From positions 11,346,001 to 11,410,000 of the forward strand of contig NC_082731.1 of NCBI RefSeq assembly GCF_030144855.1: DNA of 64,000 bases. Reading direction: 5' to 3'. The position numbers and the translations under genes are program-made. The stretch comes from Hypanus sabinus. Lineage: Eukaryota. The notes under the pieces are model-generated. The model made no database searches. It had not been told where the DNA came from and was given only the letters and a program-made list of their open reading frames with translations. This document shows positions 63,007-64,000 of the stretch, piece after piece; the stretch's first letter is position 1, and the number at the start of each line of letters is the position of its first letter.

Positions 63007-64000
63007 TTCTGTTTTAGCATAGTGTTAATTGATTTTTAGGATTTTGGGTGGATTTTTTTTTCTCCTTTATATATTTGGAGTCGCCTTCTGGAGACATAGG
63101 GGTAGGTTTATTGTCACACTTTTTTTCCTGGCCTCCTTTAGGCTCAGGAGAGTCTTTTTTTTTTAATCGTGGGTGGTGGGTGGGAGGTTTCTTTCTAATT
63201 CTATTGGCCTTTTTATTAGTTTTTCCAGTTTTTTCATTTGGGCTGATTTCAAACTACTAAAATATCCGATGCGTCGTCATTTCCGGCTCTTCCACATATT
63301 TTTGTTGTTCTTCTGGGTGCATGAGTTCATACTTTGGTTAACTCTTTATATACCAAAGGGTTGATTTTAGAAATATGGCTCAGACCATTAATTTTGTCTC
63401 TTGGAATACTAATGGCTTAAACCATCCGATTAAACGGAAAAATAATTTAAAAGTATTCCAAACACTGGAAGCGCATATTATTTTTGCACAAGAAACTCAT
63501 GTGAGGAAAGAGGATAATCAACGTTTTTTGGGGGTTTTGGAGGGGTCAACAGTACCATTCGAATTCGAATGCCAAAGTAAAGGGAGTTTCAATTTTTATT
63601 GACTCCTCTATTTCATTTGTTCAACACGATATTATTTCGGATCTGACTGGTAGATTTTTGTTTGTTACTGGGTTACTTTTTAATAAGAAGGTTGCTATGG
63701 TTAATGTTTACGCTCCAAACATGGATTATCCTGATTTCTTTAAGTCTTTATTTACTTCTCTACCTAATCTAAATGAATATATGTTAATTAAGGGTGGTGA
63801 TTTCAATTGTTGTTTAAATCCTTTGCTGGATAGATCTATATCCATTCAGACTTTACCAAAGAAGTCGGCCACTTATATAATTTTTTTTGACTGATACTGG
63901 AATTTTCGATGTTTGGAGATTTCTACCTCCTAAGGACAAAGAGTTTTCATTTTTCTCACATGTCTATCATTCTTACTCAAGAATTGACTACTTTTTCATT
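63007..64000 (+). mobile_element. L1-clade LINE, inter-ORF spacer and ORF2 endonuclease (opposite orientation)
   Basis: ATG at 63375: MAQTINFVSWNTNGLNHPIKRK, IFAQETH, NVYAPN, GGDFNCCL; frameshifted. Confidence 0.9.

Overview
Cartilaginous-fish genomic DNA (shark or ray; a ray is my weak guess from the repeat style). The window holds one immunoglobulin heavy-chain minicluster of IgNAR type on the minus strand (about 37.3 kb to 7.1 kb). In transcription order it runs: octamer+TATA promoter, leader, V remnant with 23-RSS, D (12/22), D (12/12), 23-RSS-J, C1, C2, C3, C4, C5 with secretory tail, TM1, TM2. The damage is strikingly asymmetric. The V exon has collapsed to a 32-nt stub (ATYFCHANDS) that is still in frame with the leader, and C1 carries a ~33-nt insertion and two in-frame stops. 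Promoter, leader, J, C2-C5, secretory tail and both TM exons are intact, with GT/AG sites in compatible phases, and every RSS keeps its CAC. It is either a young pseudogene or a V-less/C1-less heavy chain (CDR3 peptide-Fc or Fc-only); the sequence alone cannot decide. The rest is mainly degraded transposable elements: CR1, Rex1/Babar, Penelope, RTE, Nimb/I, L1, a solo-LTR-like element, pogo/Tigger and Helitron remnants. There is also an apparent twin-primed L1 inversion, a diverged ~0.7-kb paralogous block on each side of the cluster and a 28-bp hairpin. TE boundaries are approximate; Ig exon and RSS coordinates were read base by base.
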